Assembly: GCA_964016885.1 (NCBI GenBank)
Contig: OZ024744.1
Coordinates: 45,632,001-45,696,000 of the forward strand
Origin: Eledone cirrhosa
Taxonomy: Eukaryota
DNA length: 64,000 bases
Direction of reading: 5' to 3'
Every line of letters begins with the position of its first letter. Position 1 is the first letter of the stretch. Under the pieces are notes generated by a model. That model worked only from the letters and a program-made list of their open reading frames with translations, ran no database searches and had not been told where the DNA came from. The translations under genes and the position numbers were made by a program. Shown in pieces: positions 12,301 through 27,300 of the stretch.

Positions 12301-15300
12301 ACAATCTGGCAGGAAGGTATACGTTGCTCACGATAGCTAATAAGCTTGAAACTAGTACAGCGTTCCTTTGTCAGTGTTGAACAATCGAGCAAAGATGGAT
12401 GCTGTACACTACGACTTAATACGGGATGTTTGTTTACAAACACATCGAGCATTTTAATAATGTTCGGTGAATCCATACGTACATATATATATATATGTGT
12501 GCATGTATGTATATATATATAAATACTACTGTACATCTGTATACATATATGTATGTACGTGTACATACTTATATTTAAGTAACAGCCGTACTAAGAGTGA
12601 GAAATGAAATTTCGTTACATTTTTTCCGTTTATCGTTTACGGTGCACCCGGCCGACTAAGCCACTCGATATGCAAATAGGGCTACTCAGCCGTTACTATG
12701 CATAAGGTAAGTATATAAGTTCAACAATCTGGCATGAAGGTATACGTTGCTGACGATAGCTAATAAGCTTGAAACTATTACAGCGTTCCTTTGTCAGTAT
12801 TGAACAAATGATGCAACGATGGTTACTGGATACTACGGCTTAATACGGGATGTTTGTTTACAAACACACCGAGCATTATAATAAATGTTCGGTGAATCCA
12901 TACGTACATATATATATGTGTATATATATGTGTGTGCATGTATGTATATATATATACATACTACTGTACATCTGTATACATATATGTATGTACGTGTACA
13001 TACTTATATTTAAGTAACAGCCGTACTAAGAGTGAGAAATGAAATTTCGTTACATTTTTTCCGTTTATCGTTTACGGTGCACCCGGCCGACTAAGCCACT
13101 CGATATGTAAATTGGGCTACTCAGCCGTTAATATGAATAAGGTAAGTATATACGTTCAACAATCTGGCAGGAAGGTATACGTTGCTGACGATAGCTAATA
13201 AGTTTGAAACTAGTACAGCGTTCCTTTGTCAGTGTTGAACAAATAATGCAACGATAGTTCCTGGACACTACGGCTTAATACGGGATGTTTGTTTACAAAC
13301 ACACCGAGCATTATAATAAATGGTCGGTGAATCCATACGTATATATATATATATATGTGCATGTATGTATATATATATACATACTACTGTACATCTGTAT
13401 ACATATATGTATGTACGCGTACATACTTATATTTAAGTAACAGCCGTACTAAGAGTGAGAAATGAAATTTCATGTCATTTTTTCCGTTTATCGTTTTCGG
13501 TGCACCCAGTCGATTAACCCACTCGATATGCAAATTGGGCTACTCAGCCGTTAATATGAATAAGGTAAGTATATACGTTCAACAATCTGGCAGGAAGGTA
13601 TACGTTGCTGACGATAGCTAATAAGCTTGAAACTAGTACAGCGTCAATTTGTTAGTGCTGAACAAACGAGCAACAATGGTTGCTAGACACTACGGCTTAA
13701 TACGGGATGTTTGTTTACAAACACACCGAGCACTATTATAAATGTTCGGTGAATCCATACGTACATATATATATATGTGTGTGCATTTATGTATATATAT
13801 ATACATACTACTGTACGTCTGTATACATATATGTATGTACGTGTACATTCTTATATTTAAGTAATAGCGGTACTAAGAGTTTGAAATGAAATTTCGTTTC
13901 ATTTTTTCCGTTTATCGTTTTCGGTGCACCCGGCCGATTAACCCACTCGATATGCAAATTGGGCTACTCAGCCGTTACTATGCATAAGGTAAGTATATAA
14001 GTTCAACAATCTGGCAGGAAGGTTACGTTGCTGACGATAGCTAATAAGCTTGAAACTAGTACAGCGTTCCTTTGTCAGTGTTGAAGAAATGATGCAACGA
14101 TGGTTACTGGATACTACGGCTTAATACGGGATGTTTGTTTACAAACACACCGAGCATTATAATGAATGTTCGGTGAATCCATACGTACATATATATATGT
14201 GTGCATGTATGTATATATATATACATACTACTGTACGTCTGTATACTTATATGTATGTACGTGTACATACTTATATTTAAGTAACAGCTGTACTAAGAGG
14301 GCAAATGAAATTTCGTTTCATTTTTTCTGTTTATCGATTTCGGTGCACCCGTCCGATTAACCCACTCTATACGCAAATATGGGCTACTCAGCCGTTAATA
14401 TGTATAAGGTAAGTATATACGTTCAACAATCTGGCAGGAAGGTATACGTTGCTGACGATAGCTAATAAGTTTGAAACTAGTACAGCGTTCCTTTGTCAGT
14501 GTTGAACAAACGAGCAAAGATGGATGCTGGACACTACGACTTAATACGGGATGTTTGTCTACAAACACATCGAGCATTTTAATAATGTTCGGTGATTCCA
14601 TACGTACATATATATATATATGTGTGCATGTATGTATATATATATACATACTACTGTACATCTGTATACATATATGTATGTACGTGTACGTAATTATATT
14701 TAAGTAACAGCGGTACTAAGAGTGAGAAATGAAATTTCGTTACATTTTTCCGTTTATCGTTTCCGGTGCACCCGGCCGACTAACCCACTCGATATGCAAA
14801 TTGGGCTACTCAGCCGTTACTATGCATAAGGTAAGTATATACGTTCAACAATCTGGCAGGAAGGTATACGTTGCTGACGATAGCTAGTAAGCTTGAAACT
14901 AGTACAGCGTTCCTTTGTCAGTGTTGAACAAACGAGCAACGATGGTTGCTGGACACTACGGCTTAATACAGGATGTTTGTTTACAAACACACCGAGCATT
15001 ATAATAAATGTTCGGTGAATCCATACTTACATATATATATATGTGTGTGCATGTATGTATATTTATATACATACTACTGTACGTCTGTATACATATATGT
15101 ATGTACGCGTACATACTTATATTTAAGTAACAGCCGTACTAAGAGTCTGAAATGAAATTTCGTTTCATTTTTTCCGTTTATCCTTTTCGGTGCACCCGGC
15201 CGATTAACCCACTCGATATGCAAATTGGGCTACTCAGCCGTTACTATGCATAAGGTAAGTATATAAGTTCAACAATCTGGCAGGAAGGTTACGTTGCTGA

Positions 15301-18300
15301 CGATAGCTAATAAGCTTGAAACTAGTACAGCGTTCCTTTGTCAGTGTTGAACAAATGATGCAACGATGGTTACTGGATACTACGTCTTAATACGGGATGT
15401 TTGTTTACAAACACACCGAGCATTATAATAAATGTTCGGTGAATCCATACGTACATATATATATATGTGTGCATGTATGTATATATATATACATACTACT
15501 GTACGTCTGTATATTTATATGTATGTACGTGTACATACTTATATTTAAGTAACAGCCGTACTAAGAGTTTGAAATGAAATTTCGTTTCATTTTTTCCGTT
15601 TATCATTTTCGGTGCACCCGGCCGATTAACCCACTCGATATGCAAATTGGGCTACTAAGCCGTTACGATGCATAAGGTAAGTATATACGTTCAACAATCT
15701 GGCAGGAAGGTATACGTTGCTGACGATAGCTAATAAGTTTGAAACTAGTACAGCGTTCCTTTGTCAGTGTCGAACAAATAATGCAACGATGGTTCCTGGA
15801 CACTACGGCTTAATACGGGATGTTTGTTTACAAACACACCGAGCATTATAATATATGGTCGGTGAATCCATACGTATATATATATATATGTGCATGTATA
15901 TATATATACATACTACTGTACGTCTGTATACATATATGTATGTACGTGTACATTCTTATATTTAAGTAACAGCCGTACTAAGAGTTTGAAATGAAATTTC
16001 GTTTCATTTTTTCCGTTTATCGTTTTCGGTGCACCCGGCCGATATACCCACTCGATATGCAAATTGGACTACTCAGCCGTTACTATGCATAAGGTAAGTA
16101 TATAAGTTCAATAATCTGGCAGGAAAGTATACGTTGCTGACGATAGCTAATAAGCTTGAAACTAGTACAGCGTTCCTTTGTCAGTGTTGAACAAACGAGC
16201 AACGATGGTTGCTGGACACTACGGCTTAATACAGGATGTTTGTTTACAAACACACCGAGCATTATAATAAATGTTCGGTGAATCCATACGTACATATATA
16301 TGTGTGCATGTATGTATATATATATATACATACTACTGTACGTCTGTATACTTATATGTATGTACGTGTACATACTTATATTTTTAGTAACAGTCGTACT
16401 AAGAGTGGGAAATGAAACTTCGTTTCATTTTTTCCGTTTCTCATTTTCGTTGCACCCGGCCGATTAACCCACTCTATATGCATATATGTGCTACTCAGCC
16501 GTTACTATGCATGAGGTAAGTATATAAGTTCAACAATCTGGCAGGAAGGTATACGTTGCTGACGATAGCTAATAAGCTTGAAACTAGTACAGCGTTCCTG
16601 TGTCAGTGTTGAACAAACGAGCAACGATGGTTGCTGGACACTACGGCTTAATACAGGATGTTTGTTTACAAACACACCGAGCATTATAATAAATATTCGG
16701 TGAATCCATACTTACATATATATATATATGTGTGTGCATGTATGTATATATATATACATACTGCTGTACGTCTGTATACATATATGTATGTACGCGTACA
16801 TACTTATATTTAAGTAACAGCCGTACTAAGAGTTTGAAATGAAATTTCGTTTCATTTTTTCCGTTTATCGTTTTCGGTGCACCCGGCCGATTAACCCACT
16901 CGATACGCAAATATGGGCTACTCAGCCGTTAATATGCATAAGGTAAGTATATAAGTTCAACAATCTGGCAGGAAGGTTACGTTGCTGACGATAGCTAATA
17001 AGCTTGAAACTAGTACAACGTTCCTTTGTCAGTGTTGAACAAATGATGCAACGATGGTTACTGGATACTACGTCTTAATACGAGATGTTTGTTTACAAAC
17101 ACACCGAGCATTATAATAAATGTTCGGTGAATCCATACGTACATATATATATATGTGTGCATGTATGTATATATATATACATACTACTGTACGTCTGTAT
17201 ACTTATATGTATGTACGTGTACATACTTATATTTAAGTAACAGCCGTACTAAGAGTTTGAAAAGAAATTTCGTTTCATTTTTTCCGTTTTTCGTTTTCGG
17301 TGCACCCGGCCGATTAACCCACTCGATATGCAAATTGGGCTACTCAGCCGTTACGATGCATAAGGTAAGTATATACGTTCAACAATCTGGCGGGAGGGTA
17401 TACGTTGCTGACGATAGCTAATAAGCTTGAAACTATTACAGCGTTCCTTTGTCAGTGATGAACAAACGAGCAACGATAGTTGTTGGACACTACGGCTTAA
17501 TACGGGATGTTTGTTTACAAACACACCGAGCATTATAATATATGTTCGGTGAATCCATACGTACATATATATATATATGTGTGCATGTATGTATATATAT
17601 ATACATACTGCTGTACGTCTGTATACATATATGTATTTACGTGTGCATACTTCTATTTAAGTGACAGCCGTACTAAGAGTGGGAAATGAAATTTCGTTTC
17701 ATTTTTTCCGTTTATCGATTTCGGTGCACCCGACCGATTAACCCACTCGATACGCAAATATGGGCTACTCAGCCGTTAATATACATAAGGTAAGTATATA
17801 CGTTCAACAATCTGGCAGGAAGGTATACGTTGCTGACGATAGCTAATAAGTTTGAAACTAGTACAGCGTTCCTTTGTCAGTGTTGAACAAATAATGCAAC
17901 GATGGTTCCTGGACACTACGGCTTAATACGGGATGTTTGTTTACAAACACACCGAGCATTATAATAAATGGTCGGTGAATCCATACGTATATATATATAT
18001 ATGTGCATGTATGTATATATATATACATACTACTGTACGTCTGTATCCATAAATGTATGTACGTGTACATTCTTATATTTAAGTAACAGCCGTACTAAGA
18101 GTTTGAAATGAAATTTCGTTTCATTTTTTCCGTTTATCGTTTTCGGTGCACCCGGCCGATTAACCCACTCGATATGCAAATTGGGCTACTCAGCCGTTAC
18201 TATGCATAAGGTAAGTTTATAAGTTCAATAATCTGGCAGGAAAGTATACGTTGCTGACGATAGCTAATAAGATTGAAACAAGTACAGCGTTCCTTTGTCA

Positions 18301-21300
18301 GTGTTGAACAAACGAGCAACGATGGTTGCTGGACACTACGGCTTAATACAGGATGTTTGTTTACAAACACACCGAGCATTATAATAAATGTTCGGTGAAT
18401 CCATACGTACATATATATATATATGTGCATGTATGTATATATATATAAATACTACTGTACGTCTGTATACATATATCTATGTACGTGTACATACTTATAT
18501 TTAAGTAACAGCCGTACTAAGAGTGAGAAATGAAATTTCGTGTCATTTTTTCCGTTTATCGTTTTCGGTGCACCCAGTCGATTAACCCACTCGATATGCA
18601 AATTGGGCTACTCAGCCGTTAATATGAATAAGGTAAGTATATACGTTCAACAATCTGGCAGGAAGGTATACGTTGCTGACGATAGCTAATAAGCTTGAAA
18701 CTAGTACAGCGTTTCTTTGTCAGTGTTGAACAAACGCGCAACGATGCTTGCTGGACACTACGGCTTAATACGGGATGTTTGTTTACAAACACACCGAGCA
18801 TTATAATAAATGTTCGGTGAATCCATACGTACATATATATATGTGTGCATGTATGTATATATATATACATACTACTGTACGTCTGTATACTTATATGTAT
18901 GTACGTATACATACTTATATTTAAGTAACAGCAGTACTAAGAGTGGGAAATGAAATTTCGTTTCATTTTTTCAGTTTATCGTTTTCGGTGCACCCGGCCG
19001 ATTAACCCTTTCTATATGCAAATTGGGCTACTCAGCCGTTACTATGCATAAGGTAAGTATATACGTTCAACAATCTGGCAGGAAGGTATACGTTGCTGAC
19101 GATAGCTAATAAGCTTGAAACTAGTACAGCGTTTCTTTGTTAGTGATGAACAAACGAGCAACGATGGTTGCTAGACACTACGGCTTACTACTGGATGTTT
19201 GTTTACAAACACACCGAGCATTATTATAAATGTTCGGTGAATCCATACGTACATATATATAAGTGTGCATGTATCTATATATATACATACTACTGTACGT
19301 CTGTATACTTATATGTATGTACGTGTACATACTTATATTTAAGTAACAGCCGTACTAAGAGTGGGAAATGAAATTTCGTTTCATTTTTTCCGTTTATCGT
19401 TTTCGGTGCACCCGGCCGATTAACCCACTCGATATGCAAATTGGGCTACTCAGCCGTTACTATGCATAAGGTAAGTATATACGTTCAACAATCTGGCAGG
19501 AAGGTATACGTTGCTGACGATAGCTAATAAGCTTGAAACTATTACAGCGTTCCTTTGTCAGTATTGAACAAATGATGCAACGATGATTACTGGATACTAC
19601 GGCTTAATACGGGATGTTTGTTTACAAACACACCGAGCATTATAATAAATGTTCGGTGAATCCATACGTACATATATATATATGTGTGCATGTATGTATA
19701 TATATATACATACTACTGTACGTCTGTATACTTATATGTATGTACGTGTACATACTTATATTTAAGTAACAGCTGTACTAAGAGGGCAAATGAAATTTCG
19801 TTTCATTTTTTCTGTTTCTCATTATCGTTGCACCCGGCCGATTAACCCACTCGATATGCAAATATGTGCTACTCAACCGTTAATATACATAAGGTAAGTA
19901 TATACGTTCAACAATCTGGCAGAAAGGTATACGTTGCTGACGATAGCTAATAAGCTTGAAACTAGTACAGCGTTCCTTTGTCAGTGTTGAACAAATGATG
20001 CAACGATGGTTACTGGATACTACGGCTTAATACGGGATGTTTGTTTACAAACACACCGAGCATTATAATAAATGTTCGGTGAATCCATACGTACATATAT
20101 ATATGTGTGCATGTATGTATATACATATATACATACTACTGTACGTCTGTATACATATATGTATGTACGTGTACATACTTATATTTAAGTAACAGCCGTA
20201 CTAAGAGTTTCAAATGAAATTTCGTTTCATTTTTTCCGTTTATCGTTTTCGGTGCACCCGGCCGATTAACCCTTTCTATATGCAAATTGGGCTACTCAGC
20301 CGTTACTATGCATAAGGTAAGTATATACGTTCAACAATCTGGCAGGAAGGTATACGTTGCTGACGATGGCTAATAAGCTTGAAACTAGTACAGCGTTTCT
20401 TTGTTAGTGATGAACAAACGAGCAACGATGGTTGCTAGACACTACGGCTTAATACGGGATGTTTGTTTACAAACACACCGAGCATTATTATAAATGTTCG
20501 GTGAATCCATACGTACATATATATAAGTGTGCATGTATGTATATATATATACATACTACTGAACGTCTGTATACTTATATGTATGTACGTGTACATACTT
20601 ATATTTAAGTAACAGCCGTACTAAGAGTGGGAAATAAAATTTCGTTTAATTTTTTCCGTTTATCGATTTCGATGCACCCGGCCGATTAACCCACTCGATA
20701 CGCAAATATGGGCTACTCAGCCGTTAATATACATAAAGTAAGTATATACGTTCAACAATCTGGCAGGAAGGTATACGTTGCTGTCGATAGCTAATAAGTT
20801 TGAAAGTAGTACAGCGTTCCTTTGTCAGTGTTGAACAAACGCGCAACGATGCTAGCTGGACACTACGGCTTAATACGGGATGTTTGTTTACAAACACACC
20901 GAGCATTATAATAAATGTTCGGTGAATCCATACGTACATATATATATGTGTGCATGTATGTATATACATATATACATACTACTGTACGTCTGTATACATA
21001 TATGTATGTACGCGTACATACTTATATTTAAGTAACAGCCGTACTAAGAGTGAGAAATGAAATTTCGTGTCATTTTTTCCGTTTATCGTTTTCGGTGCAC
21101 CCAGTCGATTAACCCACTCGATATGCAAATTGGGCTACTCAGCCGTTAATATGAATAAGGTAAGTATATACGTTCAACAATCTGGCAGGAAGGTATACGT
21201 TGCTGACGATAGCTAATAAGCTTGAAACTAGTACAGCGCTTCTTTGTCAGTGTTGAACAAACGCGCAACGATGCTTGCTAGACACTACGGCTTAATACGG

Positions 21301-24300
21301 GATGTTTGTTTACAAACACACCGAGCATTATAATAAATATTCGGGGAATCCATACGTACATATATATGTGTGCATGTATGTATATATATATACATACTAC
21401 TTTACGTCTGTATACTTATATGTATGTACGTATACATACTTATATTTAAGTAACAGCCGTACTAAGAGTGGGAAATGAAATTTCGTTTCATTTTTTCAGT
21501 TTATCGTTTTCGGTGCACCCGGCCGATTAACCCTTTCTATATGCAAATTGGGCTACTCAGCCGTTACTATTCATAAGGTAAGTATATACGGTCACCAATC
21601 TGGCAGGAAGGTATACGTTGCTGACGATAGCTAATAAGCTTGAAACTAGTACAGCGTTTCTTTGTTAGTGATGAACAAACGATCAAAGATGGTTGCTAGA
21701 CACTACTGCTTAATACGGGATGTTTGTTTACAAACACACCGAGCATTATTATAAATGTTCGGTGAATCCATACGTACATATATATATGTGTGCATGTATG
21801 TATATATATATATACATACTACTGTACGTCTGTATACTTATATGTATGTACGTGTACATACTTATATTTAAGTAACAGCCGTACTAAGAGTGGGAAATGA
21901 AACTTCGTTTCATTTTTTCCGTTTCTCATTTTCGTTGCACCCGGCCGATTAACCCACTCGATATGCATATATGTGCTACTCATTCGTTAATATGAATAAG
22001 GTAAGTATATACGTTCAACAATCTGGCAGGAAGGTATTCGTTGCTGACGATAGCTAATAAGCTTGAAACCAGTACAGCGTTTCTTTGTCAGTGATGAACA
22101 AACGAGCAACGATAGTTGTTGGACACTACGGCTTAATACGGGATGTTTGTTTACAAACACGCCGAGCATTATAATATATGTTCGGTGAATCCATACGTAC
22201 ATATATATATATGTGTGTGCATGTATGTATATATATATACATAATACTGTACGTCTGTATACATATATGTATGTACGCGTACATACTTATATTTAAGTAA
22301 CAGCCGTACTAAGAGTGGGAAATAAAATTTCGTTTCATTTTTTCCGTTTATCGATTTCGATGCACCCGGCCGATTAACCCACTCGATACGCAAATATGGG
22401 CTACGCAGCCGTTAATATACATAAGATAAGTATATACGTTCAACAATCTGGCAGGAAGGTATACGTTGCTGACGATAGCTAGTAAGTTCGAAACTAGTAC
22501 AGCGTTCCTTTGTCAGTGTTGAACAAATGATGCAACGATGGTTCCTGGACACTACGGCTTAATACGGGATGTTTGTTTACAAACACACCGAGCATTATAA
22601 TAAATGTTCGGTGAATCCATACGTACATATATATATGTGTGCATGTATGTATATACATATATACATACTACTGTACGTCTGTATACATATATGTATGTAC
22701 GCGTACATACTTATATTTAAGTAACAGCCGTACTAAGAGTGAGAAATGAAATTTCGTGTCATTTTTTCCGTTTATCGTTTTCGGTGCACCCAGTCGATTA
22801 ACCCACTCGATATGCAAATTGGGCTACTCAGCCGTTAATATGAATAAGGTAAGTATATACGTTCAACAATCTGGCAGGAAGGTATACGTTGCTGACGATA
22901 GCTAGTAAGTTCGAAACTAGTACAGCGTTCCTTTGTCAGTGTTGAACAAACGAGCAATGATGGTTGCTGGACACTACGGCTTAATACGGGATGTTTGTTT
23001 ACAAACACACCGAGCATTATTATATATGTTCGGTGAATCCATACGTACATATATACATATGTGTGTGCATTTATGTATATATATATAAATACTACTGTAC
23101 GTCTGTATACATATATGTATGTACGTGTACATACTTATATTTAAGTAAGAGCCGTACTAAGAGTGAGAAAGCCAATTTCGTTTCATTTTTTCCGTTTATC
23201 GTTTTCGGTGCACCCAGTCGATTAACCGACTCGATATGCAAATTGGGCTACTCAGCCGTTAATATGAATAAGGTAAGTATATACGTTCAACAATCTGGCA
23301 CGAAGGTATACGTTGCTGACGATAGCTAATAAGCTTGAAACTAGTACAGCGTTTCTTTGTCAGTGTTGAACAAACGCGCAACGATGCTTGCTGGACACTA
23401 CGGCTTAATACGGGATGTTTGTTTACAAACACACCGAGCATTATAATAAATATTCGGGGAATCCATACGTACATATATATATGTGTGCATGTATGTATAT
23501 ATAGATATACATACCACTGTACGTCTGTATACATATATGTATGTACGTGTACATACTTATATTTAAGTAACAGTCGTACTAAGAGTGGGAAATGAAATTT
23601 CGTTTCATTTTTTCAGTTTATCGTTTTCGGTGCACCCGGCCGATTAACCCTTTCTATATGCAAATTGGGCTACTCAGCCGTTACTATGCATAAGGTAAGT
23701 ATATACGTTCAACAATCTGGCAGGAAGGTATACGTTGCTGACGATAGCTAATAAGCTTGAAACTAGTACAGCGTTTCTTTGTTAGTGATGAACAAACGAG
23801 CAACGATGGTTGCTAGACACTACGGCTTAATACGGGATGTTTGTTTACAAACACACCGAGCATTATTATAAATGTTCGGTGAATCCATACGTACATATAT
23901 ATATGTGTGCATGTATGTATATATATATACATACTACTGAACGTCTGTATACTTATATGTATGTACGTGTACATACTTATATTTAAGTAACAGCCGTACT
24001 ACGAGTGGGAAATAAAATTTCGTTTCATTTTTTCCGTTTATCGATTTCGATGCACCCGGCCGATTAACCCACTCGATACGCAAATATGGGCTACTCAGCC
24101 GTTAATATACATAAGGTAAGTATATACGTTCAACAATCTGGCAGGAAGGTATACGTTGCTGTCGATAGCTAATAAGCTTGAAACTAGTACAGCGCTTCTT
24201 TGTCAGTGTTGAACAAACGCGCATCGATGCTTGCTGGACACTACGGCTTAATACGGGATGTTTGTTTACAAACACACCGAGCATTATAATAAATATTCGG

Positions 24301-27300
24301 GGAATCCATACGTACATATATATATGTGTGCATGGATGTATATATAGATATACATACCACTGTACGTCTGTATACATATATGTATGTACGTGTACATACT
24401 TATATTTAAGTAACAGCTGTACTAAGAGTGGGAAATGAAATTTCGTTTTATTTTTCTGTTTATCGTTTTCGGTGCACCCGGCCGATTAACCCATTCGATA
24501 TGCAAATTGGGCTACTCAGCCGTTACTATGCATAAGGTAATTATATACGTTCAACAATCTGGCAGGAAGGTATACGTTGCTGACGATAGCTAATAAGCTT
24601 GAAACTAGTACAGCGTTTCTTTGTCAGTGTTGAACAAACGTGCAACGATGCTTGCTGGACACTACGGCTTAATACGGGATGTTTGTTTACAAACACACTG
24701 AGCATTATAATAAATGTTCGGTGAATCCATACGTACATATATATATGTGTGCATGTATGTATATATATATACATACTACTTTACGTCTGTATACTTATAT
24801 GTATGTACGTATACATACTTATATTTAAGTAACAGCCGTACTAAGAGTGGGAAATGAAATTTCGTTTCATTTTTTCAGTTTATCGTTTTCGGTGCACCCG
24901 GCCGATTAACCCACTCGATATGCAAATTGGGCTACTCAGCCGTTACTATGCATAAGGTAAGTACATAAGTTCAACAATCTGGCAGGAAGGTATACGTGGC
25001 TGGCGATAGCTAATAAGGTTGAAACTAGTACAGCGTTCCTTTGTCAGTGTTGAACAAACGAGCAACGATGGTGGCTGGACACTACGGCTGAATACAGGAT
25101 GTTTGTTTACAAACACACCGAGCATTATAATAAATGTTCGGTGAATCTATACGTACATATATATATATGTGCATGTATGTATATATATATAAATACTACT
25201 GTACGTCTGTATACATATATGTATGTAGGTGTACATACTTATATTTAAGTAACAGCCGTACTAAGAGTGGGAAATGAAATTTCGTTTCATTTTTCCGTTT
25301 ATCGTTTTCGGTGCACCCGGCCGATTAACCCACTCGATATGCAATTTGGGTTACTCAGCCGTTAATATACATAAGGTAAGTATATACGTTCAACAATCTG
25401 GCAGGAAGGTATACGTTGCTGACGATAACTAATAAGCTTGAAACTAGTACAGCGTTCCTTTGTCAGCGTTGAACAAATGATGCAACGATGGTTGCTGGAT
25501 ACTACGGCTTAATACGGGATGTTTGTTTACAAACACATCGAGCATGATAATAAATGTTCGGTGAATCCATACGTACATATATATATATGTGTGCATGTAT
25601 GTATATATATATACATACTACTGTACGTCTGTATACATATATGTATGTACGTGTGCATACTTATATTTAAGTAACAGCCGTACTAAGAGTGGGAAATGAA
25701 ATTTCGTTTCATTTTTTCCGTTTCCCGTTTTCGTTGCACCCGGCCGATTAAACCAATCGATATGCAAATATGTGCTACTCATCCGTTAATATGCATAAGG
25801 TAAGTATATACGTTCAACAATCTGGCAGGAAGGTATATGTTACTGACGATAGCTAATAAGCTTGAAACTAGTACAGCGTTCCATTGTCAGTGTTGAACAA
25901 ACGAGCAACGATGCTTCCTGGACACTACGGCTTAATACGGGATGTCTGTTTACAAACACACCGAGCATTATAATAAATGTTCGGTGAATCCATACGTATA
26001 TATATATATATGTGCATGTATGTATATATATATATATACATACTACCGTACGTCTGTATCCATATATGTATGTACGTGTACATTCTTATATTTAAGTAAC
26101 AGCCGTACTAAGAGTTTGAAATGAAATTTCGTTTCATTTGTTCCATTTATCGTTGTCGATACACCCGTACGATTAACCCACTCGATATGCAAATTGGGCT
26201 ACTCAGCCATTAATATGCATAAGGTAAATATATACGTTCAACAATCTGGCAGGAAGGTATACGTTGCTGACGATAGCTAATAAGCTTGAAACTAGTACAG
26301 CGTTCTTTTGTCAGTGTTGAACAAACGAGCAACGATGGTTTCTTGACACTACGGATTAATACGTGATGTTTGTTTACAAACACACCGAGCATTATAATTA
26401 ATGTTCGGTGAATCCATACGTACATTTATATATGTGTGCATGTATGTATATATATATATACATACTACTGTACGTCTGTATACATATATGTATGTGCGCG
26501 TAGATACTTATATTTAAGTAACAGCCGTACTAAGAGTGGGAAATGAAATTTCGTTTCATTTTTTCAGTTTATCGTTTTCGGTGCAGCCGGCCGATTAACC
26601 CATTCTATATGTAAATTGGGCTACTCAGCCGTTACTATGCATAAGGTAAGTATATACGTTCAACAATCTGGCAGGAAGGTATACGTTGCTGACGATAGCT
26701 AATAAGCTTGAAACTAGTACAGCGTTTCTTTGTTAGCGATTAACAAACGAGCAACGATGGTTGCTAGACACTACGGCTTAATACGGGATGTTTGTTTACA
26801 AACACAACCGAGCGTTATTATAAATGTTCGGTGAATACATACGTACATATATATATGTGTGCATGTATGTATATATATATAAATTCTACTGTATGTCTGT
26901 ATACATATATGTATGTACGTGTACATACTTATATTTAAGTAACAGCCGTACTAAGAGTGGGAAATGAAAATTTCGTTTCATTTTTCCGTTTATCGATTTC
27001 GGTGCACCCGGCCGATTAACCTACTCGATATGCAATTTGGGTTACTCAGCCCTTAATATGCATAAGGTAAGTATATACGTTCAACAATCTGGCAGGAAGG
27101 TATACGTTGCTGACGATAGCTAATAAGCTTGAATCTAGTACAGCGTTTCTTTGTCAGTGTTGAACAAACGAGCAACGATGCTTGCTGGACACTACGGCTT
27201 AATACGGGATGTTTGTTTACAAACACAGCGAGCATTATAATAAATGTTCGGTGAATCCATACGTACATATATATATGTGTGCATGTATGTATATATATAT

